NCBI GenBank assembly: GCA_963749705.1
Contig: CAVVNQ010000003.1
Coordinates: 480,001 to 544,000, forward strand
DNA from: an uncultured Chloroflexia bacterium
GTDB taxonomy: Bacteria > Chloroflexota > Limnocylindria > Limnocylindrales > CSP1-4
Length of the DNA: 64,000 nucleotides
Reading direction: 5' to 3'
Every line of letters begins with the position of its first letter. The first letter of the stretch is position 1. Below are positions 18,235 to 27,791 of the stretch, piece by piece. The notes under the pieces are model-generated. The model ran no database searches and had not been told where the DNA came from. It was given only the letters and a program-made list of their open reading frames with translations. The position numbers and the translations under genes are program-made.

Positions 18235-20358
18235 ATGGCCGTGCAGACCTCCCGCGTGACCCGGCATCGGGTCCGCCGAACACGCCGGCTGCTCGCGCTC
18301 GCGATCGCTGCCGCGTTGCTCGCGACCGCGTCGCTCGTCAGGGCGCCGGCCGCGACCCTGGCCGCGAGCGACCCGATCATTGCGCTCGAGCCGGTGGTGA
18401 GCGGGCTCGACCACCCGGTGCTGGTCGCGAATGCCGGCGATGCTCGCCTGTTCGTCGTCGAGCAGACCGGTCGGATCCGGATCGTCAGCGGCGGAAGCCT
18501 GCTGGCCACCCCGTTCCTCGACCTGTCCAGCCAGATCTCCAGTGGCAGCGAACGCGGGCTGCTGGGGCTGGCCTTCCACCCCGGGTATGCGACCAACGGC
18601 CGCTTCTTCGTCTACTACACCCGGTCCGACGGCGACATCCAGGTGTCCGAGTTTGCGCGCTCCGCCGGCGATGCCAACCGCGCCGCCGCGGGCTCCGAGC
18701 GGCCGATCCTGCGCATCGAGCATTCCACCTACAGCAACCACAACGGCGGCATGCTCGCGTTCGGGCCGGATGGGTACCTGTATATCGGGACGGGTGATGG
18801 CGGCGGTGGCGGGGACCCGCTGGGCAGCGGCCAGAACATCAACAGCCGCCTGGGCAAGCTGCTCCGCATCGATGTCGACACCGCCAGCCCGTCCATCGCG
18901 TACGACATCCCCCCGACGAACCCGTTCGTGGGGACCGCGGGCGACGACCTGGTCTGGTCGTACGGGTTGCGCAATCCATGGCGGTTCTCGTTCGACCGGG
19001 CCACCGACGACCTGTGGATCGGGGACGTGGGCCAGGGCGCCTGGGAGGAGGTCGATGTCGCGCGAAGCGCGGCCGGCCGCGGCCGGGGGCTCAACTTCGG
19101 CTGGAACGTTCTCGAGGGCGACCACTGCTACAACGCGTCGACGTGCGTGCGGACGGGCAAGACGGCGCCGATTGCCGAGTATCCCCATGGAACCGGGGAT
19201 TGTGCGATCAGCGGCGGGTACGTCTACCGCGGGTCCGTGAGTCCGCTGCTGGTTGGTCGCTACCTGTTCGGCGACTACTGCAGCGGCCGGATCTGGAGCC
19301 TGGTGGCGTCCGGCCCATCGCCACAGGCCGAGGTGCTGCTGACGGACACCAGCCTCCAGATCAGCTCGTTCGGCGAGGACGCGGCGGGCGAGGTCTACGT
19401 CGTGGCGCTGGGCGGCACGATCTACCACGTCGTCGAGACGCACGTCGTCCGCCGCTCCGGCTCCGATCGCTACGGGACCGCGGCCGAGATCAGCGCGGCG
19501 GCGTTCGCCCCCGGGGTACCGGTGGCCTACGTGGCGACCGGCCAGAACTATCCCGACGCGATCGCCGGCGGTCCGGCCGCCGCCGCCGAGGGCGGCCCGG
19601 TCCTGCTCGTCCGATCGGACGCGATCCCGGCCGCCACCGCGGCCGAGCTCAACCGCCTCAAGCCCGGCCACATCGTCGTGCTGGGCGGGCCGTCGGCCGT
19701 CTCGGCCGGCGTGGCCAGTGCGCTCGCGGGCTACACCGCGGGGACCGTCGTCCGCCGCTCGGGACCCGATCGCTACGCGACGGCGGCCGAGATCAGCGCG
19801 GCGGCGTTCGCACCCGGGCGTGCCGGTGGCCTACGTGGCGACCGGCCAGAACTATCCCGACGCGATCGCCGGCGGTCCGGCCGCCGCCGCCGAGGGCGGC
19901 CCGGTCCTGCTCGTCCGATCGGACGCGATCCCGGCCGCCACCGCGGCCGAGCTCAACCGCCTCAAGCCCGGCCACATCGTCGTGCTGGGCGGGCCGTCGG
20001 CCGTCTCGGCCGGCGTGGCCAGTGCGCTCGCGGGCTACACCGCGGGGACCGTCGTCCGCCGCTCGGGACTCCGATCGCTACGCGACGGCGGCCGAGATCA
20101 GCGCGGCGGCGTTCGCCCCCGGGCGTGCCGGTGGCCTACGTGGCGACCGGCCAGAACTATCCCGACGCGATCGCCGGTGGTCCGGCCGCCGCCGCCGAGG
20201 GCGGCCCGGTCCTGCTCGTCCGATCGGACGCGATCCCGGCCGCCACCGCGGCCGAGCTCAACCGCCTCAAGCCCGGCCACATCGTCGTGCTGGGCGGGCC
20301 GTCGGCCGTCTCGGCCGGCGTGGCCAGTGCGCTCGCGGGCTACACCGCGGGGACCTAG
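18235..20358 (+). CDS. Secreted PQQ-dependent sugar dehydrogenase-like (GSDH beta-propeller) with three C-terminal cell wall binding repeat 2 (CWB2) domains
   Basis: Signal peptide; ERGLLGLAFHP, NHNGG, GDGG and GLRNPWRFSFD; repeats of RRSGxDRYxTAAEIS...YPDAIAGGP...VLGGPSAVS; three +1 indels in repeats 2-3 sum to an in-frame read-through. Confidence 0.88.
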   Translation: MAVQTSRVTRHRVRRTRRLLALAIAAALLATASLVRAPAATLAASDPIIALEPVVSGLDHPVLVANAGDARLFVVEQTGRIRIVSGGSLLATPFLDLSSQISSGSERGLLGLAFHPGYATNGRFFVYYTRSDGDIQVSEFARSAGDANRAAAGSERPILRIEHSTYSNHNGGMLAFGPDGYLYIGTGDGGGGGDPLGSGQNINSRLGKLLRIDVDTASPSIAYDIPPTNPFVGTAGDDLVWSYGLRNPWRFSFDRATDDLWIGDVGQGAWEEVDVARSAAGRGRGLNFGWNVLEGDHCYNASTCVRTGKTAPIAEYPHGTGDCAISGGYVYRGSVSPLLVGRYLFGDYCSGRIWSLVASGPSPQAEVLLTDTSLQISSFGEDAAGEVYVVALGGTIYHVVETHVVRRSGSDRYGTAAEISAAAFAPGVPVAYVATGQNYPDAIAGGPAAAAEGGPVLLVRSDAIPAATAAELNRLKPGHIVVLGGPSAVSAGVASALAGYTAGTVVRRSGPDRYATAAEISAAAFAPGRAGGLRGDRPELSRRDRRRSGRRRRGRPGPARPIGRDPGRHRGRAQPPQARPHRRAGRAVGRLGRRGQCARGLHRGDRRPPLGTPIATRRRPRSARRRSPPGVPVAYVATGQNYPDAIAGGPAAAAEGGPVLLVRSDAIPAATAAELNRLKPGHIVVLGGPSAVSAGVASALAGYTAGT
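19444..20355 (+). repeat. Three near-identical tandem units of about 303 bp encoding CWB2 domains
   Basis: Units start at about 19444, 19747 and 20051 (GTCGTCCGCCGCTC...); nearly identical DNA. Confidence 0.95.
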
Positions 20359-20589
20359 CGTTCCGGCGGCGGGCGGTTCGCGCGCCCGCTGCCCGCCGAC
20401 TCTGCCCGATCGTGCCGATCAGGATGCCCGGTCGGTGCGCTCGGAGGGCACAGACGGGACTTGTCCCCGCCCTGCCCCGGTCGGACAATCGGACGGCGGT
20501 CCGGGAGCCAGGCCGGCTGCCGCGAGCCGTCGAAGGCCGGTGAGGCGCGGTGCCGCCCCGGCGCCACTACGCCGCATGGTGAGCGCGTG

Positions 20590-21513
20590 ATGACGGAACG
20601 CAGCCAGCTCGAACAGCAGCGCCGGGAGATCCGCAGGCAGCACGGCACTCTGGCCGCCAACGAGCCGATCGCGCCGGCCGCGGCCGTGTTCGACGCTGCC
20701 GCGCGGGAGCAGACGCCGGGTCGCGGTGGTGGCCCAGCCGTCGGGCGCGCGATCGACGGTCTGCATACGAGCGCCGGCAACGCCGCGGTCGCCCGCCTGT
20801 TCGAGGGGGCCACGACGCATCGCCACCAGGAAGGCCAGGCGACGGCTCGGGCCGGCCACGCCGGCACCACGGACCGCCCCGGCCACGCCAGCAGCACGGA
20901 CCGGCCCGTGGTCCAGGCAAGCGCCGCCGGCGAGGCCGCGCCTGCGGACGAGATGTCCAACGTGTCGGACGCGACGCTGGTGGCGCTGGCCGCGGGTCCC
21001 CCGAAGCACGGCCCGAGCTGGACGCACGTCGGCCCGCCGTCCAACACCACCTATGCCGTGTCCGGGACGCTCCGCGATGCGGCCAACACGGTCGCGGCGC
21101 GCACCGAGGCGGGCTCGGTGACCACGACACCGTCGAGCGATGCGGACGTGTGGACGCCCGACGGCGGCAATCCGCAGGTGATCGGGGCACGGGTCACGGT
21201 CGACCAGGTGGAGGAGCTGCCGACCTGGGCGGACGAGTCGCAGGCGACGGCGAACCAGCAGGCGGAGTGGAATCGGTTTCATGGCGCGATCACCACCCAC
21301 GAGGCCGGCCACGTGTCGATCGACAAGACGTCGTACGCCAACGCGCACTCGAAGATGGTCGGCAAGTCCCCCGAGAGCGCGGACAAGGCCCTCGACACGG
21401 TCGAGGCGACCGCGACGACCGACAACGCGACGTACGACACGAAGACCGACCACGGCCTCAACCAGGGAACGCGCATCAACCCCAACATCGACGAGGTGAC
21501 CAAGGTCCCCTGA
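20590..21513 (+). CDS. Hypothetical protein: N-terminal LHTSAGNAAVARL motif plus C-terminal HExxH zinc-protease-like domain (DUF922-like)
   Basis: AGNAAV at 20773-20790; WNRFHGAITTHEAGHVSID with HEAGH at 21298-21312; GC3-biased codons. Confidence 0.75.
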   Translation: MTERSQLEQQRREIRRQHGTLAANEPIAPAAAVFDAAAREQTPGRGGGPAVGRAIDGLHTSAGNAAVARLFEGATTHRHQEGQATARAGHAGTTDRPGHASSTDRPVVQASAAGEAAPADEMSNVSDATLVALAAGPPKHGPSWTHVGPPSNTTYAVSGTLRDAANTVAARTEAGSVTTTPSSDADVWTPDGGNPQVIGARVTVDQVEELPTWADESQATANQQAEWNRFHGAITTHEAGHVSIDKTSYANAHSKMVGKSPESADKALDTVEATATTDNATYDTKTDHGLNQGTRINPNIDEVTKVP

Positions 21514-21535
21514 GGTCCGCTCGCGGCGGATGGCG

Positions 21536-22652
21536 TCAGTGGCTCGGGGCCTCGAGCCGCACCGGTCGCCCGATGTATCGCCCGTAGGCATCGGCGGCCG
21601 CCTCGAGGCCTGCGACGGCTGCGGTCGACAGCGGTGCGAAGGGGACCGCGTCGATGTGCACCGCCCGCGCCGTGACCCGCCGGCTCCAGGTCCCGACGAC
21701 CACGCCGTCGACCACGATCGTCGCCTTGAACATCCCGTTCGCGCCCGGGACGATGGCGTCCGCATGCCCGGGCAGGAGCACCGCCGACCGATCGCGATAG
21801 CCGAGGAGGTACTCGTCGAAGCCGGGCAGCAGCACGACGCCTGCCGTCGCGCCCGGGGCATCGAGGATCTCCGGGTCGAGGTGGTAGCGGGTTCCATCGA
21901 TCTCGACCGTGGCCAGGCTGCCGCCGGCGATGTCCGTCCCTCGCCGGACATCGCGCATCGTCAGTCCGGACCAGCGCGCGAGGTCGGCGGCCGTCGCCGG
22001 TCCATGGCTCCGGAAGTACCTCCGGGCGAGCTCGCCCAGCGCCTCGTCGCGGTCCGGCCGCCTCGGGTTGGGGACCCAGGCGTCCAGCCGGGCGAATGCC
22101 TGCTGACGGCCATCGGACGGCCCCAGGACCAGGGTGCCCGTCAGGGCCAGGTACCACAGGATGTGATAGCCGCGCTGCCCGGCCGTGCTCACGCCGCCGG
22201 CCTCGATCGCCGCGAGCAGGGCGGCTCGTCCCAGCGCCTGCCGGCCGGGCAGCGCGGCGACCGCGGCCAGCCGCGCTCGCTCGATGTCGGCTCTCGCCGA
22301 GCCCGAGGGTCGCCCGGCGTTGGGCCGCCGAGGCGCGGGACCGCTCCGCGGTGAGCCCGAGCAGCCACGGCAGGTCGTCGGCGGTGACCAGGTGCAGGGT
22401 GCCGCGGAGCGGCCAGGAGCGCACGATCTCGCCGGCATCGAACGCGGCTTCGACATCGGGTTCGCGGGCATCGCCGGCGCGGACGCCGACGGACCATTTC
22501 ACGCCCGGCAGGTCCTGGCCCTGCATCGCGAGCATCGAGCGCACGACATCGGCGGAAGCGGACGGGCGAACCTGGCCGGCGAGCCGGTGCGCGGTCAGCC
22601 GCAGCGCCGCCAGCCGGCGCTGTCCGGCGGTGAACGAGGATCCGGATGGCAC
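21536..22652 (-). CDS. AlkZ/YcaQ-like winged-helix DNA glycosylase (HTH_42); apparent frameshift near 22292
   Basis: MQGQD (QxD), RSWPLRGTLH, HGPATAADLARWSGL, LLPGFDEYLLGY and DGVVVGTW motifs in two frames. Confidence 0.85.
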
Positions 22653-22762
22653 GCACGGAGTATCGGTGGTCGCGCGACGACCTGCGCCGTCGTGGTCGGG
22701 AGGCCGGACGTGGCACGACCTGCCCGGCTCGGCCCGGGGCCCGCGGCAGTAGCATCGTCGGC

Positions 22763-23560
22763 GTGAGTCATGACCCCGCCGCCGTCGTCTCGTTGCGCAC
22801 GATCCGGTTATGGCTGCCGCACCAGCACGGCGCGTGGGCGATGCTGGCATTGCCGGTCCTCGTGGGCATCGCTGCCAGCCGGTTCGTGCCGTCCCAGCTG
22901 CTGCTGACGGGCACGGCCGTTGCCGCCTACCTGGCATCGGCGACCATCCAGGCCTGGCTCCGGGCACGTCGCCGGCCGTCGTTCGTGCCATCGATCGTCG
23001 TGTATGCCGCCACGACCGCCGTGCTCGGCATCCCGCTGCTGGTGCTCGAGCCGCGCCTCCTGATCGTCGTCGTGGTGCTCGTCCCGGCCGGCGCGTTGAC
23101 GCTCGCCGCCGCGCGGCCCGGCACGCCACGCGAGCTGGCCCTGAGCCTCGCCCATGTCGTCCAGGCGTCGATGCTGACCCCTGCCGCGATGCTCCTCGCC
23201 GGCGAGGCCGGTGCAAGCCTGCTCGTGGCGGCAACCGCGATCGTCGCCGTCGAGATGACCGGATCCGCGCTGGCGGTGCGTTCGGTGATCCGGGAGCGGG
23301 ACAACGCGGGCTTCGCGGTCCGATCGGTGGGCTTCCATCTCGTCGTCACGCTCGTGGCGGCGGCAACCCTGCCACCGGCCTACGCGCTGCTCGGCGGGCT
23401 GCTCACCGTGCGGGCCGCGGCGCTGCCGGTCGCGCGCCGCCGGCTCGCCGCCACCCGCTGGAAGCTGCGCCCGATCCACGTCGGACTGATCGAGGCGGCG
23501 GCATCGATCGCCACCGTGGTCGTCGTGCTGGCGGTTCCGCTCGTGACGACGACGCGCTGA
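22763..23560 (+). CDS. YwiC-like membrane protein
   Basis: WLPHQHGAWAML N-terminal motif, VRSVIRER, C-terminal VGLIE; TAGCAT -10 seven nt upstream. Confidence 0.8.
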   Translation: MSHDPAAVVSLRTIRLWLPHQHGAWAMLALPVLVGIAASRFVPSQLLLTGTAVAAYLASATIQAWLRARRRPSFVPSIVVYAATTAVLGIPLLVLEPRLLIVVVVLVPAGALTLAAARPGTPRELALSLAHVVQASMLTPAAMLLAGEAGASLLVAATAIVAVEMTGSALAVRSVIRERDNAGFAVRSVGFHLVVTLVAAATLPPAYALLGGLLTVRAAALPVARRRLAATRWKLRPIHVGLIEAAASIATVVVVLAVPLVTTTR

Positions 23561-23673
23561 CCGGCGCCACGGAGCGAGCTGGATCGCGTCGGCGTCGGCC
23601 GCGACCCACGACGGGATCGGCGCCCATCGGGCGCCGCGATCCGGTTCCGGCGCCGCCGCGTCATAATCCGCCG

Positions 23674-26600
23674 ATGCAGGGTGAGCTGACCTCGGACCGA
23701 CAGGGCACGCGTCCGGGCGTGGTCGATGGCGGCGCGCTCGACCCCCTGGTGGGGCCGCAGTGCTCGCTGGCCGTCCAGCTCCGCCGCACCACGGGCGCCG
23801 TCATCGGCCGCAGCGCCGAGCTCGACGCGATCGCGCAGGTGCTCCACGAGGCGACCGGCCGCCTGGCGGCGCTGACGCTCGAGGGCGAGCCCGGGATCGG
23901 CAAGACGCGGTTGCTGCTGGAGGCCGCCGAGCTTGCCGCGACCGCCGGGTTCACGTGCGTCGCGATCACCGCGGACGAGGAGATCCGCGGGCCGTTCCTG
24001 CTCGCGCGCAGCCTGTTTGCCTCGAGCGCCATCCGCGACTGCATCGCGGGGACCCCTGCCGAGGCGGCGGTCAGCCGCGTGGTCGAGGCCATCTCGGGCC
24101 GCGACGAGCGCGGGTTCGAGGCGCTGTCACCAGATGCCAAGCTGCTCCGCGCCTTCGACCTCGGGGGCGTCGCGATCTCGTCGCTCGCCGGGATCCGGCC
24201 GCTGGCGCTGCTCATCGACGACGTCCAATGGGCCGACGACGACACCCTGCGGCTGCTCCGGTACGTCGTCCGCAGCGATGCAGACCGGCCGGTGTTCCTG
24301 TTCCTGACGATCCGGCCGGACGAGTTCGCGACGGTCACCGAGGCCGTCAACTTCGTTGCCGACATGGAGCGCATGGGTCTCGTCCGGCGCCTGCGGCCCG
24401 GACGGTTCGGGTCGGTCGAGACGGCGGAGCTCCTCAAGCGGATCCTCGGCGGTCGCGTCGAGGCGGCATCGGCGGCCGCGATGCACGCCCAGTCGGAGGG
24501 GGTGCCGTTCATCGTCGAGGAGCTGGCCCGGACGCACCGGGAGGCCGGCACCCTCCAGCAGATCGACGGCCAGTGGCGGCTCGGCCGGAACGCTGCGCGG
24601 CTGGTGCCATCGGCGGTGCGGACGCTGATCGATCGCCGGGCCGCGCGGCTGCCCGCCCGGACGCGCGCCGCGCTGGGGGACGCCGCGATCCTCGGTCGCA
24701 GCTTCAGCCTCCGGGACCTGCGCGCGATCCGCGCCCGGATCGGCGAGGGCGATGTCGGTGCACCGGGTGCCGCGGTGCCCGATCCCGGACCTGCCGGATC
24801 CGCCGATGGCGTCGATCCGCTCGCGGATGATCTCGCCCCCGCCGTTCGGGCCGGCCTGCTGCTGCCGCAGTCGCAGGGCGAGCCGGCGGACTACACGTTC
24901 ACCCACGAGCAGGTCCGGCAGTTCGCCGCCAACCAGCGCTCGGTGGCCCGTCGCCGCCAGGTCCACGCCGCGGTCGTCGACCTGCTGCTCGAGGGTGGCG
25001 AACCTGCCCCCGCCGGCCTGCCGATGCTCGCCCAGCACGCGCTTGCCGCCGGCGACACGGCGCGCGCGGCGCGGTTCTCGATCGACGCCGCGGCGTCGGC
25101 GCTTGCGTCGAACGCGCCGGAGGAGGCGCTCCGGCTCGTCGAGCAGGCGCTCCCGGTCGTCTCGACGCCCGCCGACCGCCGGGTCCTGCTCGCGACCCGT
25201 GACGACGCGTTTGCCGCGCTCCGGCGGACCAGCGAGCGGCTCGAGGGGCTGACCGAGCTGGCGGCGCTCGCGGAAGCGATGCGCGATCCCACCGTGGAGC
25301 TCGACGTCCAGCTCCGGCGCGCATCGGCGCTGCGCATGGATCATGACGAGGACGCCGCCGCGGACCTGGCTCGCCGCGTCCGTACCCGGGCGGCCGAGCG
25401 GGGCGACGCGGCGACCGAGCTGCGGGCAACCCTGGAGCTTGGCCAGGCGATCCAGCGGAGCCCGGTCGGTGAGTCGTTCGGCGGCGCCGCGGTCGAGATC
25501 GACCTCGAAGCGGCGGAGGAGGCCTACCGGCACGCGATCGCGCTCGCGGAGCAGCTCCACGACGACCGAAGCCTGGCTGCCGCCCTGCGCGAGATCGGCA
25601 CGATCGATTTCGCTCGTGGGCGCGCGTGGTTCTCGGGCGAGGTCCGGGCGGGCCGGGCGAATGAGCTGGTCGCGATGCTGTCGTCTGGCGTGAGCATCGA
25701 GGACATGGTCATGTCCACGCCGATCGGGCCGCTGCTCACGGAGGCCACCCAGGTCCTTGAGCGAGCGCTGGGCATCTTCGAGCGGCTGGGTGATCGAACC
25801 GGCGTGATGTCGACGGTCATCGCCATGGCCTACACCCAGTACGGCCCGGTCATGCATTTCTCGTCCTCGGCGCGCCACCTCGAGGAGATCCGGCGCGTGA
25901 CGAGCCGCATGTCCGAGCTCGTCACCGAGAGCGAACGCGCTCGCCTCGACCTCCAGATGCTGTATGGCGTCCACGTGTACTCGCGGGCCAAGGTCGTACC
26001 CGACCTCGCATTGACCCGAGGCGAGGACGCCCACCGGGAGGCCAAGCTCCAGGGCGACCGGTCGGTCGAGTTCCTCGCCGCGGGCGGCGTGGCGCTCAGC
26101 CTGCTCGACCTGGGCGATATCGACGGGGCGGAGCGGTGGCTCGGCCTGGCTGCATCGGCCGCGTCGATGGCGCCCTCCCGGACCCGGGCACGCCAGCTCG
26201 AGATGTGGCGCGGGATGGTCCGGGCCGGCGCCGGCGACGTCGACGGCATGCGCGGGCATCTCGAGCGCGCGGTGGCGATGGCGACCGAAAGCGGCAGGGC
26301 GTCCGCGCGCTGCGAGGCCCTGGCTCGCCTGGCCCTCGAGGCGGCGTCACTCGTTGCGCGGCAGGTACCCGGCGAGTCGGATGCCGCGGGGAATGACGGC
26401 CCGGATCCGGCGTTGCTCGAGCTCATCGAGCGGGCCGCCACCCAGGCCAACGAGCTGCTGCCGCTGCTGCCGGGGCACGCGGCATGGGGAGCCCAGGCCG
26501 ACGCGGCGCTGGCGACCGTGGCCCTCGCGCGCGGTGACGACCAAGCGGCCGTGATGGCCGGCGGCGCGGCCCTCGGAGCGCTCCAGGCCGGGCTCCACGA

Positions 26601-27057
26601 GGACGCCAACCTCGAGATCGTGATCCCGGCAGCCCGGGCGCTGTTCGCCGGCGCTCCCCCCGAGGTCCAGGGATCGGTCCGGCAGTTCCTCCGGTCCACG
26701 CTTTCGCGGATCGCGCAGGGCACGGCGGACGAGGCGATTCGCGTCCGATGGCTCACCGGACCGATCGGGCGCCCGCTCGCGGAGCTGGTTGGCCCGCTCG
26801 ATGAACCGGCGCCATCGACCCTGGCCCCGGAGCCGGCCGCGTCCGATGGCGCCCCCGTCCTCGATGATGCGGAGCGGCACGTGCTCCAGCTGCTGACGGA
26901 GGGCCGGACCAACGCCGAGATCGCGGCCGAGCTCGCGATCGCGGAGCCCGAGGTGGCGCAGCGGCTGGCGCGGCTGCAGGCCCGCCTGGGGACCACGAGC
27001 CGCGCCGAGGCCACCTCGCTGGCGTTCCGCGGGTTCGCCTCGGTGGGGTCGCACTGA
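23674..27057 (+). CDS. Large STAND-type AAA ATPase / helical repeats / LuxR-HTH transcriptional regulator
   Basis: IGRSAEL, Walker A GEPGIGKT, Walker B LLIDDVQWAD, GVPFIVEEL, FTHEQVR; C-terminal VLQLLTEGRTNAEIAAEL HTH; CATAAT six nt before ATG. Confidence 0.88.
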   Translation: MQGELTSDRQGTRPGVVDGGALDPLVGPQCSLAVQLRRTTGAVIGRSAELDAIAQVLHEATGRLAALTLEGEPGIGKTRLLLEAAELAATAGFTCVAITADEEIRGPFLLARSLFASSAIRDCIAGTPAEAAVSRVVEAISGRDERGFEALSPDAKLLRAFDLGGVAISSLAGIRPLALLIDDVQWADDDTLRLLRYVVRSDADRPVFLFLTIRPDEFATVTEAVNFVADMERMGLVRRLRPGRFGSVETAELLKRILGGRVEAASAAAMHAQSEGVPFIVEELARTHREAGTLQQIDGQWRLGRNAARLVPSAVRTLIDRRAARLPARTRAALGDAAILGRSFSLRDLRAIRARIGEGDVGAPGAAVPDPGPAGSADGVDPLADDLAPAVRAGLLLPQSQGEPADYTFTHEQVRQFAANQRSVARRRQVHAAVVDLLLEGGEPAPAGLPMLAQHALAAGDTARAARFSIDAAASALASNAPEEALRLVEQALPVVSTPADRRVLLATRDDAFAALRRTSERLEGLTELAALAEAMRDPTVELDVQLRRASALRMDHDEDAAADLARRVRTRAAERGDAATELRATLELGQAIQRSPVGESFGGAAVEIDLEAAEEAYRHAIALAEQLHDDRSLAAALREIGTIDFARGRAWFSGEVRAGRANELVAMLSSGVSIEDMVMSTPIGPLLTEATQVLERALGIFERLGDRTGVMSTVIAMAYTQYGPVMHFSSSARHLEEIRRVTSRMSELVTESERARLDLQMLYGVHVYSRAKVVPDLALTRGEDAHREAKLQGDRSVEFLAAGGVALSLLDLGDIDGAERWLGLAASAASMAPSRTRARQLEMWRGMVRAGAGDVDGMRGHLERAVAMATESGRASARCEALARLALEAASLVARQVPGESDAAGNDGPDPALLELIERAATQANELLPLLPGHAAWGAQADAALATVALARGDDQAAVMAGGAALGALQAGLHEDANLEIVIPAARALFAGAPPEVQGSVRQFLRSTLSRIAQGTADEAIRVRWLTGPIGRPLAELVGPLDEPAPSTLAPEPAASDGAPVLDDAERHVLQLLTEGRTNAEIAAELAIAEPEVAQRLARLQARLGTTSRAEATSLAFRGFASVGSH

Positions 27058-27791
27058 TGGCGATCCGGGCGCGGGTCGATCGCCACAAGTGCATCGGCGC
27101 CGGCAACTGCATCACGCTCGCCCCGACCGCGTTCGACTGGCTCGCGGGCGACTACGGCAAGACCGACGTCGTGGGCGCCGACAGCGTGGACGAGGAGGTG
27201 CTTCGCGCGGCGGCGTTCTCGTGCCCCACGGCCGCGATCATCCTCGAGGACATCTCGGAGCTGCTGCCCTGGCAGCTGCGGGGCAAGGCCGGACCCGCCC
27301 GGCGAGTCCTGAAGACCTTCATGTTCACGGACATCGTGGGTTCGACGAACCTGGTCGAGGCGCTGGGCGACGAGGCGTGGGAGACGATGCTCCGATGGCA
27401 CAACACCGCGCTCCGGGAGGTGTTCTCGGCGCACGAGGGTGAGGAGATCTCGACCACCGGCGACGGGTTCTTCGTCAGCTTCGACTCCCCGGACCTCGCC
27501 GTGGCGGCGGCGGTCGCGATCCAGCGGCGGCTCGCGGAGCAGCGTTCCACGCAGGGCTTTGCGCCGCAGGTCCGGATCGGTCTCCACGCCACCGACGCGA
27601 CGCAGGTCGGCGGCGACTTCCACGGCAAGGGCGTCCACGAGGCTGCGCGGATCGCGGCGCTCGGGGGCGGGGGCGACATCGTGGCCAGCGCCACGACCGT
27701 CGGCGATGCCCAACGAACGTCCAACTCACGGAGCGCGACGCTCAAGGGCCTGACCGAGGCGATCGAGGTCGTCAACGTCGACTGGCGCTAG
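27057..27791 (+). CDS. Ferredoxin ([3Fe-4S]-type) fused to class III adenylate/guanylate cyclase domain
   Basis: CIGAGNC...CPTAAI ferredoxin; FTDIVGST, TGDGF, RIGLH and GDFHGKGVHEAAR cyclase motifs; TGATG overlap with the regulator. Confidence 0.9.
   Translation: MAIRARVDRHKCIGAGNCITLAPTAFDWLAGDYGKTDVVGADSVDEEVLRAAAFSCPTAAIILEDISELLPWQLRGKAGPARRVLKTFMFTDIVGSTNLVEALGDEAWETMLRWHNTALREVFSAHEGEEISTTGDGFFVSFDSPDLAVAAAVAIQRRLAEQRSTQGFAPQVRIGLHATDATQVGGDFHGKGVHEAARIAALGGGGDIVASATTVGDAQRTSNSRSATLKGLTEAIEVVNVDWR

Noticed and set aside
19444-20355. Programmed frameshifting or a CRISPR-like array in the 303-bp repeats
   Set aside because: No spacers or slippery heptamer; the repeats encode CWB2 and the indels look like consensus errors
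22810-23673. N-terminal 288-aa extension of the 1415-aa ORF
   Set aside because: Overlaps the YwiC-like gene in another frame, is Arg/Pro-rich noise, and a -10 box supports the start at 23674
23674-27791. Anti-phage interpretation (Avs or Pycsar-like) of the STAND plus cyclase pair
   Set aside because: The output domain is a LuxR HTH; there is no nuclease, TIR or cNMP-binding effector and no defence-island context
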